The notes: a model not told the origin generated them from the letters alone. A DNA stretch of 64,000 bases from Promethearchaeota archaeon (GCA_008080735.1 SHMW01000002.1:67188-131187); one strand, 5' to 3'. Shown: positions 1 through 10,636, numbered from the stretch's first letter. Numbers and translations: made by a program.

Positions 1-114
1 AGGATTCTTTCAAGTCTAACGCCAGATGAATTGAGAGAAGTTCTGAATGATGTATTTGAAAGGTATAAGGAAGTTTTTGGAATCAAACCATTCTATTACA
101 TAAACTATACTTGA
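1..114 (+). CDS. 3' end of a gene entering from the window edge (hypothetical)
   Basis: Frame 1 is open from base 1 (RILSSLTPDELREVLNDVFERYKEVFGIKPFYYINYT) to TGA at 112-114. Confidence 0.45.
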   Translation, partial: RILSSLTPDELREVLNDVFERYKEVFGIKPFYYINYT

Positions 115-308
115 AAAAAGTCGAGGAAGTATGCAAGTCATACAAGAGAAAATTTAGTTTCAAACCCACATATCACATAGATGGATTCGAACACTTTATC
201 ATAGTCAGATTTAGAATTTTAACGGATTCTTCTGAAAAGGTTTTTAATCATCAACCAATTTTTGCCAACGATATCTATAAAATCATCCAAAACGCTTGGC
301 AAATGTAG
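111..308 (+). CDS. small hypothetical protein, or frameshifted continuation of the upstream ORF
   Basis: 65-aa ORF; TTG start overlaps the upstream TGA; shares a YKxxFxxKPxYxI motif with the upstream peptide. Confidence 0.25.
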   Translation: MKKVEEVCKSYKRKFSFKPTYHIDGFEHFIIVRFRILTDSSEKVFNHQPIFANDIYKIIQNAWQM

Positions 309-377
309 CTAATCTTTTATAATTATCTTTTCTTTTTTTCTTCATTACATTTCAAAGATATATTCAGTTTAGAGATT

Positions 378-2291
378 ATGAGTTTAAAAATTGATAACGA
401 ATGGTTTATTGACAATAAAGGGCGAAAAGTCTTGCTCAGAGGAGTAAATCTCGGTGGAAGCTCAAAAGTCCCGACGATACCAAATGGCGCTACCCATATT
501 CCCACAGATTTTTCAAATCATCAAAATGTCTCTTTTATAAATCGTCCTTTTCCTTTGGATGAAGCAGAAGAGCATTTTTCGAGATTGAAACATTGGGGTT
601 TTAATTGCCTTAGATTCTTGATCACATGGGAAGCTATTGAGCACGAGGGTCCCAATCAATATGATCGAGAATATATTAAATATCTTATAGAAGTATTAGA
701 GATTGCCAAGAAATTTGATTTCTATATTTTTATTGATCCCCATCAAGATGTATGGAGTAGGATGACTGGCGGTGATGGAGCACCAGGATGGATTTTCAAA
801 AAACTTGGACTTGATATCACTAAATTGGATGAGTCAGAAGCCGCATTTACTATGCAAAAAAGATATGATCCAAGTGTTCCTTCCTCATATCCTCCAATGT
901 GTTGGTCTAGCAACGCCGTACGTTTTGCCAACGGTACAATGTGGACATTATTTTTTGGAGGGAATGATTTTGCACTTTCAGTAAAAATAGATGGAAAAAA
1001 TGCTCAAGATTATTTGCAAGAGCACTATATCAATTCGATTTTACAAATCGTAAAGGAACTTAATCATAATTCCCATATTATTGGCTATGACAGTTTAAAT
1101 GAACCAGAGAAAGGTTGGATCGGAAAGAGAGTAGATGGGTCAGGGGAAGAGACAATTTCTGATTATAGAGGACACGTTTTTACTCCCTTTGAAGCGATGA
1201 TAACCGCAGCGGGATTTTCGCGAGAAATTGGCTTCAATGAAGTAAAAGGAGTTGGAATTAAAGAAACGAGACGAGATATTCTAAATAAGGATAATACTAG
1301 TTGCTGGTTAAACGATGAATATGATATCTGGAGAAATGAAGGGGTTTGGAAAATAGATGAAGTGGGGGATCCACAAATAATAGATAATTCCCATTTCAGA
1401 AATGTCAACGGGAAAAAAATTGAATTCCATAGGGATTATTTATCTCCATTTATTCGTAAGTTTGCGGATAAGGTAAGAGAAATTGATTCAGATGCGATTA
1501 TCTTTTTTGAAGGACATCCGGGTTCTACTATGTCGAAATCACTTCCAAAATTTAAACTCCCAAATAATGTGGTTCATGCGGGTCATTGGTATGATGCCGC
1601 AACACTAGTGACTAAGAGACCATTTTTACGAGCAAATTATGATATTACTAGAGATAAATTGGTTATTGGAAAGCAAAATGTGCAGAAAATGTTTACCCAT
1701 CAACTCAAGCTAATTAAAGAGTTTGCAAAGGGAGAATATCCCACTCTTATCGGGGAATTTGGGCTACATTACGATATTAAAAACAAGAAAGCCTATAAAA
1801 AGGTCAGAAAAAAACCCATTAAAGCTTGGAAAACCCATGTCAAAGCGTTAGACATGTATTATAATGCATTGGATGCGAATCTAATTCACGCAACTCAATG
1901 GAATTATACTGCCGATAATAATAACAGATGGGGAGATAAATGGAACTTAGAGGATCTTTCAATATTCAGCAGAGATCAACAATTCAATCCCGATGATATT
2001 AATAGCGGTGGTAGAGCTATTCGGGGGTTTTGCCGCCCTCATTTGCTCCGATGTGCGGGTGAACCTCTTAAAATGACATTTAACAAGAAAAAAGGAGAAT
2101 TTCATTTTCAATTTCAAGCAATTCCCTTGATTAAAGCTCCCTCTTTATTTTATATTCCTAAAATTCAATATCCGGATGGGTATTCAATTCATTCAAACAT
2201 AGAAGATATTAGACATGAAATAGATGGTCAAACCCTCAAAGTATGGGTTGAAGGTGATGCTATTATTGAACTTTTAATTCGTAAGAAATAG
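378..2291 (+). CDS. GH5 endoglycoceramidase-related glycosidase (EGCrP/steryl-beta-glucosidase-like)
   Basis: LLRGVNLGG start, TWEAIEH, DPHQDVWSR-GGDGAP, acid/base NEP, nucleophile IGEFG, WNYTADN, C-terminal beta-sandwich. Confidence 0.85.
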   Translation: MSLKIDNEWFIDNKGRKVLLRGVNLGGSSKVPTIPNGATHIPTDFSNHQNVSFINRPFPLDEAEEHFSRLKHWGFNCLRFLITWEAIEHEGPNQYDREYIKYLIEVLEIAKKFDFYIFIDPHQDVWSRMTGGDGAPGWIFKKLGLDITKLDESEAAFTMQKRYDPSVPSSYPPMCWSSNAVRFANGTMWTLFFGGNDFALSVKIDGKNAQDYLQEHYINSILQIVKELNHNSHIIGYDSLNEPEKGWIGKRVDGSGEETISDYRGHVFTPFEAMITAAGFSREIGFNEVKGVGIKETRRDILNKDNTSCWLNDEYDIWRNEGVWKIDEVGDPQIIDNSHFRNVNGKKIEFHRDYLSPFIRKFADKVREIDSDAIIFFEGHPGSTMSKSLPKFKLPNNVVHAGHWYDAATLVTKRPFLRANYDITRDKLVIGKQNVQKMFTHQLKLIKEFAKGEYPTLIGEFGLHYDIKNKKAYKKVRKKPIKAWKTHVKALDMYYNALDANLIHATQWNYTADNNNRWGDKWNLEDLSIFSRDQQFNPDDINSGGRAIRGFCRPHLLRCAGEPLKMTFNKKKGEFHFQFQAIPLIKAPSLFYIPKIQYPDGYSIHSNIEDIRHEIDGQTLKVWVEGDAIIELLIRKK

Positions 2292-2349
2292 TTATTTTCA
2301 GATCACAATAATTTTTTAGTCTCTAATTGCTATAAGAATTTGAATAGAA

Positions 2350-3387
2350 ATGAATGAGAAAATTCTCACTTTTGGAGAAATAATGCTAAGATTATCTCCA
2401 CCAAACTTTCAACGATTTATTCAGGCGAGATCATTTGATGCGATTTATGGAGGCGGTGAAGCAAATGTGGCTGTTTCTTTGGCTAATTATGGTCTTCCGG
2501 TTGATTATGTGACAAAATTACCGAATAATCCATTAGGAGACGCCTGTCTTAATTATATGAGACAATATGGCGTAAACACTGACAAAATTGTGAGAGGCGG
2601 GGATCGGTTAGGTATATACTTTCTGGAAAAAGGAGCCTCCATTCGTTCGAGTAATGTTATATATGATAGAGCAAATTCCTCAATCGCTACGGCAGATATT
2701 GACGATTTTGACTGGGATAAACTTTTCCGAGATGTGCGATGGTTTCATTGGACTGGAATAACTCCTGCCATCTCCCAGAACCTCGCAGATATTTGTTTGA
2801 ATGCGGTAAAAGTGGCACAGGAAAATCATATCACAGTCTCATGTGACTTAAATTATCGGAGTAAATTATGGAAGTATGGAAAATCGTGCACCGAAATTAT
2901 GTCTGAGCTGGTGAAATATTGTGATATTGCAGTTGGAAATGAGGAAGACTTTGAAAAAGTATTTAATATTGCCCCTCCTAATGTAGATATCTCCTTGGGG
3001 AAGGTTGCTGCTCATAATTATAAAGATGTTGTTGAAGAATTTAAGAAACGCTATCCTAATATTCAAAAAATAGGTATTACTCTAAGGGGCTCTATATCAG
3101 CCACACATAATACTTGGTCGGGGCTCCTTTATGATGGGGATAAGATGTATACAGCGCCAGAGTATGACATTGATTATATTGTAGACAGAGTTGGAGGAGG
3201 AGATTCCTTTAATGCGGGTTTAATCTATGGACTTCTAATGTATAAGGATGATTTACAGAAGGCCTTAAATTTTGCAGTTGGCGCTTCATGCTTAAAACAT
3301 AGCATTGAAGGTGATTTCAATTTGGTCTCGAAAGAGGAAGTCATTAAATTGATTGGGGGTAATGCCTCCGGTCGAATTTCAAGATAA
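2350..3387 (+). CDS. kdgK: 2-keto-3-deoxygluconate kinase (PfkB family)
   Basis: FGEIMLRLSP, GGGEANVA, WTGITPA, DLNYRSKLW, DRVGGGDSF. Confidence 0.88.
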   Translation: MNEKILTFGEIMLRLSPPNFQRFIQARSFDAIYGGGEANVAVSLANYGLPVDYVTKLPNNPLGDACLNYMRQYGVNTDKIVRGGDRLGIYFLEKGASIRSSNVIYDRANSSIATADIDDFDWDKLFRDVRWFHWTGITPAISQNLADICLNAVKVAQENHITVSCDLNYRSKLWKYGKSCTEIMSELVKYCDIAVGNEEDFEKVFNIAPPNVDISLGKVAAHNYKDVVEEFKKRYPNIQKIGITLRGSISATHNTWSGLLYDGDKMYTAPEYDIDYIVDRVGGGDSFNAGLIYGLLMYKDDLQKALNFAVGASCLKHSIEGDFNLVSKEEVIKLIGGNASGRISR

Positions 3388-3468
3388 AGGAAACTTAAGA
3401 TTCTCTTAAGGAAGCAACAAAACTTCTTATTTTCTTCTATTTTTTATAATTTATCATATTTATTAGTT

Positions 3469-4278
3469 GTGAATATAATTATGAATGATTATAATAAAAT
3501 GGTTTTAACTGCGACAACTGCGAATTCATGGATATATCCAGAATGCAAAAATTGGGCAGAAAATGTTGATGATTTAATTGATGACGTTGTTCATTGCTAT
3601 GAAGCAGGAGCAACGATCGCTCATATACATTTACCAAGAGGAAAAGAAATTAACACTGTAGAACGGATTCGTGAACGGTGCGATATTCTAATTCAAGCGG
3701 GCATGTCAAGTGATAGTATCCCTGAAAGAAAAGGTGATTTCGAAGCCAAACCGGATATGATGTCAATAATCTTGAATCATCATGATGAACATTTTACTCA
3801 AGTCAGTGTGAATAAACTTCATCCATTAAATGAGTTAGAGGAATATTGTAAAAAATGTTTGAATCATAAAATCAAACCTGAATGGGAAGTATGGCACATG
3901 GGGTCATATTGGAACCTTAATTGTTTAATTGAAAAAGGATTGGTGGAGCAACCCCATATATTAACACTTTTTTTTAATTGGCCAGGTGGAACATGGTCAC
4001 CTCCGACCGCGGATGAATATTTGCATAGAATCAATTATATGCCAAATGGATGTGAACATACAATTAGTGTAATGGGGGATGAGCAAACTAAAATTGCTAC
4101 ATTGGCAATATCTAAAGGTGGAAATGTACGTGTTGGCACTGAAGATTATCCCTACATCAAAAAAGGAGTTCCCGCAAAAAATAATGCTGAAATTGTCGCC
4201 AGGATGAAAAGAATCAGTGAAGAGATGGGAAGAGAAGTGGCAACTCCCTCAGAAGGCAGAAAGATATTAGGAATCTAA
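3469..4278 (+). CDS. beta-keto acid cleavage enzyme (BKACE/Kce, DUF849)
   Basis: EAGATIAHIH metal-binding motif, KPEWE, GGNVRVGTED, N-A-E-I-V, REVATPSEGRKILG; true start may be a downstream ATG. Confidence 0.85.
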   Translation: MNIIMNDYNKMVLTATTANSWIYPECKNWAENVDDLIDDVVHCYEAGATIAHIHLPRGKEINTVERIRERCDILIQAGMSSDSIPERKGDFEAKPDMMSIILNHHDEHFTQVSVNKLHPLNELEEYCKKCLNHKIKPEWEVWHMGSYWNLNCLIEKGLVEQPHILTLFFNWPGGTWSPPTADEYLHRINYMPNGCEHTISVMGDEQTKIATLAISKGGNVRVGTEDYPYIKKGVPAKNNAEIVARMKRISEEMGREVATPSEGRKILGI

Positions 4279-4314
4279 TTTAAAACAAATAAATTAAAAA
4301 GTATTGCATAAAAA

Positions 4315-5076
4315 GTGAGAATGAATATAATGGAAATTAAAAATAAAGTAGCTATTATTACAGGAGCAGGAGCTGGGATTGGAGAGGCTACTGCCCGATT
4401 ATTTGCCCAAAGAGGTGCCAATGTGGTATGTAATTCTTTATCAAGATCCGCGGAAATGATTAAAAATGAAATAAATAAGAGTGGGGGTGAGGCCATTTTC
4501 GTACAAGCAGATGTCTCAAAAGAAAATGAAGCAAAAAGGATCGTTGAAAAAACTCTTGAAACCTTTGGCAAATTGGATATTTTATTTAATAACGCTGGTA
4601 TTGTGATTCCAGGACGAATTGATTCAATCTCAACAGACGATTGGGATAAAACTATGGCGGTAAACGTGAAAGGGGTATATTTGGTCTCAAAATATGCGAT
4701 CCCTCATCTTATAAGTACAAAGGGAGTAATTGTGAATAATTCCTCCTCTGTTGCATTTAAAGGTGTTAAAGATAGAGTTGCCTATACCGCATCAAAAGGC
4801 GCAGTTCTTTCGATGACGCGTGCTATGGCTGCTGATTATATTGAGGATGGGATTCGAGTCAATGCCATATGCCCTGGAACTACTGAAACACCATCATTGG
4901 TCAAACGATTGGAAAATTTTGAAGATCCAGAACAAGCAAAAAAGGATTTTATTGCGAGACAGAAAATGGGCCGCTTAGGAACGCCTGAGGAGATTGCTGA
5001 AGGAGTGTTATTTCTTGTTCAAAACGAATTCACAACAGGTACAAGCCTATCCATCGATGGTGGGATGACAATGTAA
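4315..5076 (+). CDS. short-chain dehydrogenase/reductase
   Basis: TGAGAGIG, NNAG, YTASK, NAICPG, IDGG. Confidence 0.92.
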   Translation: MRMNIMEIKNKVAIITGAGAGIGEATARLFAQRGANVVCNSLSRSAEMIKNEINKSGGEAIFVQADVSKENEAKRIVEKTLETFGKLDILFNNAGIVIPGRIDSISTDDWDKTMAVNVKGVYLVSKYAIPHLISTKGVIVNNSSSVAFKGVKDRVAYTASKGAVLSMTRAMAADYIEDGIRVNAICPGTTETPSLVKRLENFEDPEQAKKDFIARQKMGRLGTPEEIAEGVLFLVQNEFTTGTSLSIDGGMTM

Positions 5077-5096
5077 AACACCATAAGATACAAATG

Positions 5097-6245
5097 CTAA
5101 AAATCCAATTTTAATTCCGTATAATTTTTTTGGATTGCATCATCTAAATTCTGAAAGATAAGTTCTGTGTCGTTTTCATTGGCAAAATTTATTAGGTCTT
5201 CCATGTGAATCCTCTTTCCCTCTTTTGCTGCAAGATAGCTCAGTAAGACTCCAGAAACCGCATCCTTAGCATGCAGTGGGGTAAAATCAGGCTCTCGATC
5301 TTCTAATATACATTCTGCAAAATGCATATCTTCATAAAATGCTGAAATCAAATAATATTGTGGAAAAGGTCCATGCTCAACATCTGGGGTAAAAAACTTG
5401 CCTACTTCTTCAGCATTGGGATGGTTTGAATATATTTGAACAGGCTTTTCCCAAGAATGATCTTCAAATATGGTACCTTTCGTTCCATGTAATTCAATTT
5501 TGTTAGTAAGTGGATGTAGAGTTGTAGATGATAAAGTAATTTCAACCATTGTTCCTCTTCTATATTTAACAAGTATTATCGCATTATCTTCACCCTTATT
5601 ATTGGGAGAATCATACGCCTTTCCAATCCAGCATGTAATAGAATCAACTGAATCATTTAATAGCCAATTAATTGTAGAAAATTTATGAACTCCTTGATCC
5701 GCGACCACTCCTCCTCCACCTTCTTTGTAACAAAAGTGCCAACTCTCTGGATTTAAGAACTGCTTTGGGTCGCAATAGGCACCTTCATACGATCTAATCA
5801 AAAAGATATCTCCTAAGAGTCCATCATCTATAAAATCTTTAATACATTGGTGGGCCGGAAGAAATCTATGGTTTTCAGCAATCATGAATTTTACCCCTGC
5901 AGCTTGCGTAGCTTGTATCATCGCATCGCATCCTTCCAATGTCCTTGCCATAGGTTTTTCACAGAGTACATGTTTTCCGGCGTTTGCAGCTTTCATGACT
6001 ATCTCTTCGTGTAAATAATGAGGAACAGAAACTAATACAGCATCGATATCACTTTCGAGGAGATCTTGAAGTTTCATATATGGCTGCAATTTATGGGCTC
6101 TGGAAAATCTCTTTAGCGTCCTGCTATTTATGTCATGTGCCGCCACAAATTCTAGCTTCTCTTGAACTTTTCTTTTAAAGGCTGTAATATGGAAAATAGC
6201 AGCATCACCACAACCAATAATTCCAAAATTAATAGGATGTGCCAT
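5097..6245 (-). CDS. Gfo/Idh/MocA family oxidoreductase
   Basis: GIIGCG, HVLCEKPMA, AENHRF, GGGVVADQGVH. Confidence 0.92.
   Translation of the reverse strand: MAHPINFGIIGCGDAAIFHITAFKRKVQEKLEFVAAHDINSRTLKRFSRAHKLQPYMKLQDLLESDIDAVLVSVPHYLHEEIVMKAANAGKHVLCEKPMARTLEGCDAMIQATQAAGVKFMIAENHRFLPAHQCIKDFIDDGLLGDIFLIRSYEGAYCDPKQFLNPESWHFCYKEGGGGVVADQGVHKFSTINWLLNDSVDSITCWIGKAYDSPNNKGEDNAIILVKYRRGTMVEITLSSTTLHPLTNKIELHGTKGTIFEDHSWEKPVQIYSNHPNAEEVGKFFTPDVEHGPFPQYYLISAFYEDMHFAECILEDREPDFTPLHAKDAVSGVLLSYLAAKEGKRIHMEDLINFANENDTELIFQNLDDAIQKNYTELKLDF
5857..5931 (-). repeat. 75-bp near-identical segment shared, in inverted orientation, with 8754-8828
   Basis: The reverse complement matches 8754-8828 at 73/75 by manual alignment. 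Confidence 0.85.
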
Positions 6246-6318
6246 AAAATAAGAAATAGAATTTTGAAAATAAAAATATACCTAAAAAAAAAAGAATTAA
6301 CTAAAACACTTCCTGTTA

Positions 6319-7119
6319 TTAACGAGTGGTCCATCCGCCGTCCATGCGCAAATCTGCTCCGGTCATATAGGACGCATCATCAGTAGCTAAGAAGAGGATT
6401 CCAGTGGCGATCTCTTCTGGTTCTGCCCATCTGCCTAAGACTCCTTCTTTTTCAAATTCCTTTTTAACAATTTCATAATCCACACCTCTGTCCCTTGCTT
6501 GTTTTGCCACATCGCTCTGAAGCATTGGCGTATCTGTGGCACCCGGCGAAACACTATTCACACGTACATTAAAAGGTGCCATATCAAGTGCTAATGCTTT
6601 TGTAAAACCTAATACCCCCGCCTTTGTAGAACAATAGTTTGCATGGTTAACTTGACCAATATGGGCTGCAACACTTGCCAGTGTAATAATGGAACCCTCA
6701 CCTTGCTCTTTAAAATAGGGAATAGCAAATTTACATGTATAAAAGGTTCCTTTTAGGTTAACATCAATCAATAGATCGTAATCCTCATCGGGAAATTCAT
6801 CGATCGGACCTACTCGCACCACACCAGCATTCACTATTAAAACATCAATTCTTCCGTGTTTTTCAATAGTAAATTCGATCATTTCTTTTACTTCTTTGGG
6901 ATTTCTTACATCTACCGTAATATAAGAGATTTTTCTTTTCTGATCCCCCAATAGATTGTATGTTTCTTTCAGCCCTTCTTCATCTATATCTGAAATGACT
7001 AAAATTGCCCCTTCCTCTGCAAATAACCTTGCCGTTGCTCTCCCTATTCCAGAAGCAGCTCCCGTTAATACACATATTTTATCTTTTACTCTCATATTCT
7101 CACATTTATTTATAATCAT
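6319..7119 (-). CDS. short-chain dehydrogenase/reductase
   Basis: TGAASGIG, NAG, YCSTK, NSVSPG, MDGG. Confidence 0.92.
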   Translation of the reverse strand: MIINKCENMRVKDKICVLTGAASGIGRATARLFAEEGAILVISDIDEEGLKETYNLLGDQKRKISYITVDVRNPKEVKEMIEFTIEKHGRIDVLIVNAGVVRVGPIDEFPDEDYDLLIDVNLKGTFYTCKFAIPYFKEQGEGSIITLASVAAHIGQVNHANYCSTKAGVLGFTKALALDMAPFNVRVNSVSPGATDTPMLQSDVAKQARDRGVDYEIVKKEFEKEGVLGRWAEPEEIATGILFLATDDASYMTGADLRMDGGWTTR

Positions 7120-7161
7120 TCATCAAATTTGGTTAAAAAATAAGAATAAGAATTAGGTCCC

Positions 7162-8301
7162 CTATTTTACTACTGTAGGTTTATCTAGCGAAGACAATCG
7201 TTCACATCCTATATCAGTTACTCTATAACAATCTTCTACTCCGACTAATCCTTGACCTCTCACATTTAACCATACCTCAATATCTAGTACCATATTTTTC
7301 TCAAAAGGAATATCCATTGACGAGACGGGGCCAAACATATGTGCTTCCTCACACTCTAAGCCAATATGATGTCCAGTAATTAAATAAAAACCTCTTTTTG
7401 TCAGATTTTTAAGATATTTTTGAGCATCTTCAGCAAGTACTTTTGGCATCACACCTGGTTTAATATTTTCCACACAAAAATCTTGAACTTGAATCATATA
7501 TTCTAAGGCATCTTGAGCTTTTTTAGGTTCTTCTCCAATCACCACTCCCCTACTAACATCAGAAATATATCCTTCCCAAACCGCCCCAAAATCGAATCTT
7601 ACTATATCATTTGGAGTCACAGGTATTCCAAGTCCTGGTGCTTCTGGATCAGAGGGACCAATATTCATAGTCAAATGATCCCATCCCCATGCCCCTTCAT
7701 CAACAATGGTTTTTCTCGCGATTTTTAATAATTCTGTATCCTTCACATCTAACTCCGTCGCATCGATACAAGCTTTGATGGCTTTTTCTGCAACCTCCGT
7801 GGATTTTTTAATCCTTCTGATCTCTTCCTCCGTTTTTATTAGTCTCATATCTAGAAATGCATCATCCGCATCTATTATCTTTGCATCTGGAAATTTGGAC
7901 TTTAATGCTTCAGATTGATAACGAGGCATTAAGGATTCGACACCGAGAGTCTTATCTTCCAAATTCCATTCTTTAATCTTTTTTACCAAAGTTTTAATGC
8001 ACGCTTCAACACTTCCGATTCGAAAGACTTCGCTTGGATCTATCCAAGAAAACTCCTCCACACTATCATATAAAGACCATACTATCGCACTTTCTTCTCC
8101 ATCTTTCTTTATCATAGAGAGAAATGGATATTGGTTCTTCAATACATATAAAATTGGATTGGGTGCAACATGAGTTACGGGCAATCCAGTCGTATAAAAA
8201 ACATTGACGGGGCTGGATGCGATTAATAAGTCTAAGTTTCTTTTTTCTAGAACCTCCTTTGCCTTATCCTTTCTATAACCTATTGGTTCCATTTTTTTCA
8301 C
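7162..8301 (-). CDS. M24 family Xaa-Pro peptidase/creatinase-like amidohydrolase
   Basis: Creatinase-like N domain, RLIKTEEEI, metal ligands in DFG, SDV, GHHIG, IEV and VED. Confidence 0.85.
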   Translation of the reverse strand: MKKMEPIGYRKDKAKEVLEKRNLDLLIASSPVNVFYTTGLPVTHVAPNPILYVLKNQYPFLSMIKKDGEESAIVWSLYDSVEEFSWIDPSEVFRIGSVEACIKTLVKKIKEWNLEDKTLGVESLMPRYQSEALKSKFPDAKIIDADDAFLDMRLIKTEEEIRRIKKSTEVAEKAIKACIDATELDVKDTELLKIARKTIVDEGAWGWDHLTMNIGPSDPEAPGLGIPVTPNDIVRFDFGAVWEGYISDVSRGVVIGEEPKKAQDALEYMIQVQDFCVENIKPGVMPKVLAEDAQKYLKNLTKRGFYLITGHHIGLECEEAHMFGPVSSMDIPFEKNMVLDIEVWLNVRGQGLVGVEDCYRVTDIGCERLSSLDKPTVVK

Positions 8302-8448
8302 ATTGATTTTCTATACAATTTAATATAATTTATAAATTCGTACTTAATTGAATGTTATCTAAAATACAATTTATACTTTTAATTTTCTTTTCACATTGTT
8401 AATTCATGTTTAATAAGATTTATTTATGCTCAAAGGTAAAAATGAATT

Positions 8449-9573
8449 ATGGAATATGTTAAATACGGAATAGCGGGCATTGGAGGTGCGTGGATGTTTC
8501 ACAGTGCTGGTGCCAGAAATAATAATAAGATCAAGTTTGTATCCGCTTATGATATAGATGAGCGCAAATTAAAGAGAGTTTCACGTATTTATGATATGGA
8601 ATATTATACAGATTATGATATGTTTTTAGAAAGTGATATAGACGCTGTGTTAATAATGGTTCCTCATTATCTACACGAACAACTTGTGGTCAAAGCTGCT
8701 GAAGCAGGAAAACATGTACTCTGTGAGAAACCAATGGCCAACACCCTTGAAGAATGCGATGCGATGATACAAGCTACGCAAGCTGCAGGGGTTAAATTCA
8801 TGATTGCTGAAAACCACAGATTTCTTCCCGCACATAAATATATTGCTCAAGCAGTTCAAGATGGGTTATTAGGGGATATTTTTTTAGTAAGAGCATATGA
8901 AGGGGTAAATGAAATTCCCGGTCTCATGAATCCTGAGTTATGGAAAGGAGATCTAAAAAAAGCAGGCGGCGGGTCATTGATGGATATGGGAGTTCATAAA
9001 TTTGCCACCATCCAGTGGATCTTAGATGATAATGTTGAGTCTGCTTATAGCTGGTTAACAAAGCAATGCACTAATTTGGATGAAAAGGCAGAAGATAATG
9101 CGATGATCTTTCTTAAATATAGAAAGGGGACTGTTGTTGATGTGGTTGTTAGTTTCACAGTGGTTTCCCCACCTACAAATTCACTAGAAATTTATGGGAC
9201 GAAGGGTACGATTCTTGAAAATCATATGTTGGATGAACCCGTAAAAATTTACTCGAATCACGAACAAATGGGTGATAATAAAGGCAAATGGGTAATTCCA
9301 GAAATCGAGCATGCTCCTTTTCCGAAATATTATGAGATCTCCGCACGTATAGAAGATTCCTATTTTACCGAATGCATTTTAGAAGATAAAACACCAGAAT
9401 TTACTCCTGAAGAAGCGAGAGAAGCAATCGCTACCGTACTATTAAGCTATTTATCTGCCCAAATGGGTTATCGAGTTTCTTATGATGAGCTGTTGAGAAT
9501 CTACGAAGCGCAAGGTAGTCATGTAATTCTCAATGGAATTCTAAATAATATAGAGAATAATTGTCCAAAATAA
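8449..9573 (+). CDS. Gfo/Idh/MocA family oxidoreductase (paralog of 5097-6245)
   Basis: GIAGIG, HVLCEKPMA, AENHRF, GGGSLMDMGVH. Confidence 0.92.
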   Translation: MEYVKYGIAGIGGAWMFHSAGARNNNKIKFVSAYDIDERKLKRVSRIYDMEYYTDYDMFLESDIDAVLIMVPHYLHEQLVVKAAEAGKHVLCEKPMANTLEECDAMIQATQAAGVKFMIAENHRFLPAHKYIAQAVQDGLLGDIFLVRAYEGVNEIPGLMNPELWKGDLKKAGGGSLMDMGVHKFATIQWILDDNVESAYSWLTKQCTNLDEKAEDNAMIFLKYRKGTVVDVVVSFTVVSPPTNSLEIYGTKGTILENHMLDEPVKIYSNHEQMGDNKGKWVIPEIEHAPFPKYYEISARIEDSYFTECILEDKTPEFTPEEAREAIATVLLSYLSAQMGYRVSYDELLRIYEAQGSHVILNGILNNIENNCPK

Positions 9574-9656
9574 AATATTTTCATCATCTAATGATACTCA
9601 AAATATTCAGCAATTTTTTCTTACCCACCTTGAAAAATAAAATTAAAAAAAAGCCT

Positions 9657-10619
9657 TTAGATGACTATATTTATCGGAAAATATAGTGCCACTGCCAATA
9701 ATGCAGCCATAGGGAAGGTCAATATCCATACTGCAACTATTTTCCATAAGCCTTTCTTCGTTGGTGCCCGTCTTGCTTTTGATAACCCTATAAGAGAGGC
9801 TACCAACATATGGGATCCTGAAAGTGGAATTCCTAAAAAGGTTCCAGCAAAAAGAATCACAGCAGTTGGAACCTCACTAGCGAATGCTGAGCTAGGAACG
9901 AGTTCAGTTATATTCCCGACACTTTTTATTACTCTCCTTCCTAAAACTACGATTCCCAGAGAAAAACTCAAACCTACGATTATCAGAATTAAATCCACAT
10001 CAATCCCTAGTCCGACAACTATTCCCGCTGCATTTGAGACATCGTTCCCCGCTCTAGAAAACGCAGTAAGGCAAATAACTCCCAATAGAATATAAGAAAA
10101 AATCTTTTCTGTTCGTTCGAAATCTTTAAATCCGTTTAATTTGCTTATTATTGCTTTATTTATTAATTTGTAGACTACATACGTCGCTACAAAACCTATA
10201 ACCGGTGATAATAGCCACCAAAAGCTCATTTCCAATATCGTAAGCCAATTAACTCCACCAAAACCTCCTAAAATTAAACCAATCCCCATAATGCTCCCTA
10301 TTGTTGAATGTGTAGTAGATATAGGAGCCCCCAACGCGGAAGATACAATAAGCCAAATGGATGTGGATATGAGGATTGTAAGCACTACGGCATAAGATAC
10401 TTCGATTGTTAGTAACTCTTTTCCAACTGTCTCACTAACGGCTCTCCCTAAGAAAAAGGCCCCTGCGATTGCTAAAATGGTTGCTAAAACCAGTAATTCT
10501 TTCATCATTAGTGTCTTAGAGCCGTGAACTGTGGCGAAAGTCTCGTCATTTGCTCCAATCGCAAATGCTATGAAGATAGAAATTACGATAAATATCGGGA
10601 TAATTGAAAAATCTGCCAT
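9657..10619 (-). CDS. inorganic phosphate transporter (PiT family)
   Basis: GANDET and GNDVSNA signatures, PISTTHS, PLSGSH; hydrophobic. Confidence 0.9.
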   Translation of the reverse strand: MADFSIIPIFIVISIFIAFAIGANDETFATVHGSKTLMMKELLVLATILAIAGAFFLGRAVSETVGKELLTIEVSYAVVLTILISTSIWLIVSSALGAPISTTHSTIGSIMGIGLILGGFGGVNWLTILEMSFWWLLSPVIGFVATYVVYKLINKAIISKLNGFKDFERTEKIFSYILLGVICLTAFSRAGNDVSNAAGIVVGLGIDVDLILIIVGLSFSLGIVVLGRRVIKSVGNITELVPSSAFASEVPTAVILFAGTFLGIPLSGSHMLVASLIGLSKARRAPTKKGLWKIVAVWILTFPMAALLAVALYFPINIVI

Positions 10620-10636
10620 ATTAAGCTCATCTCCAA

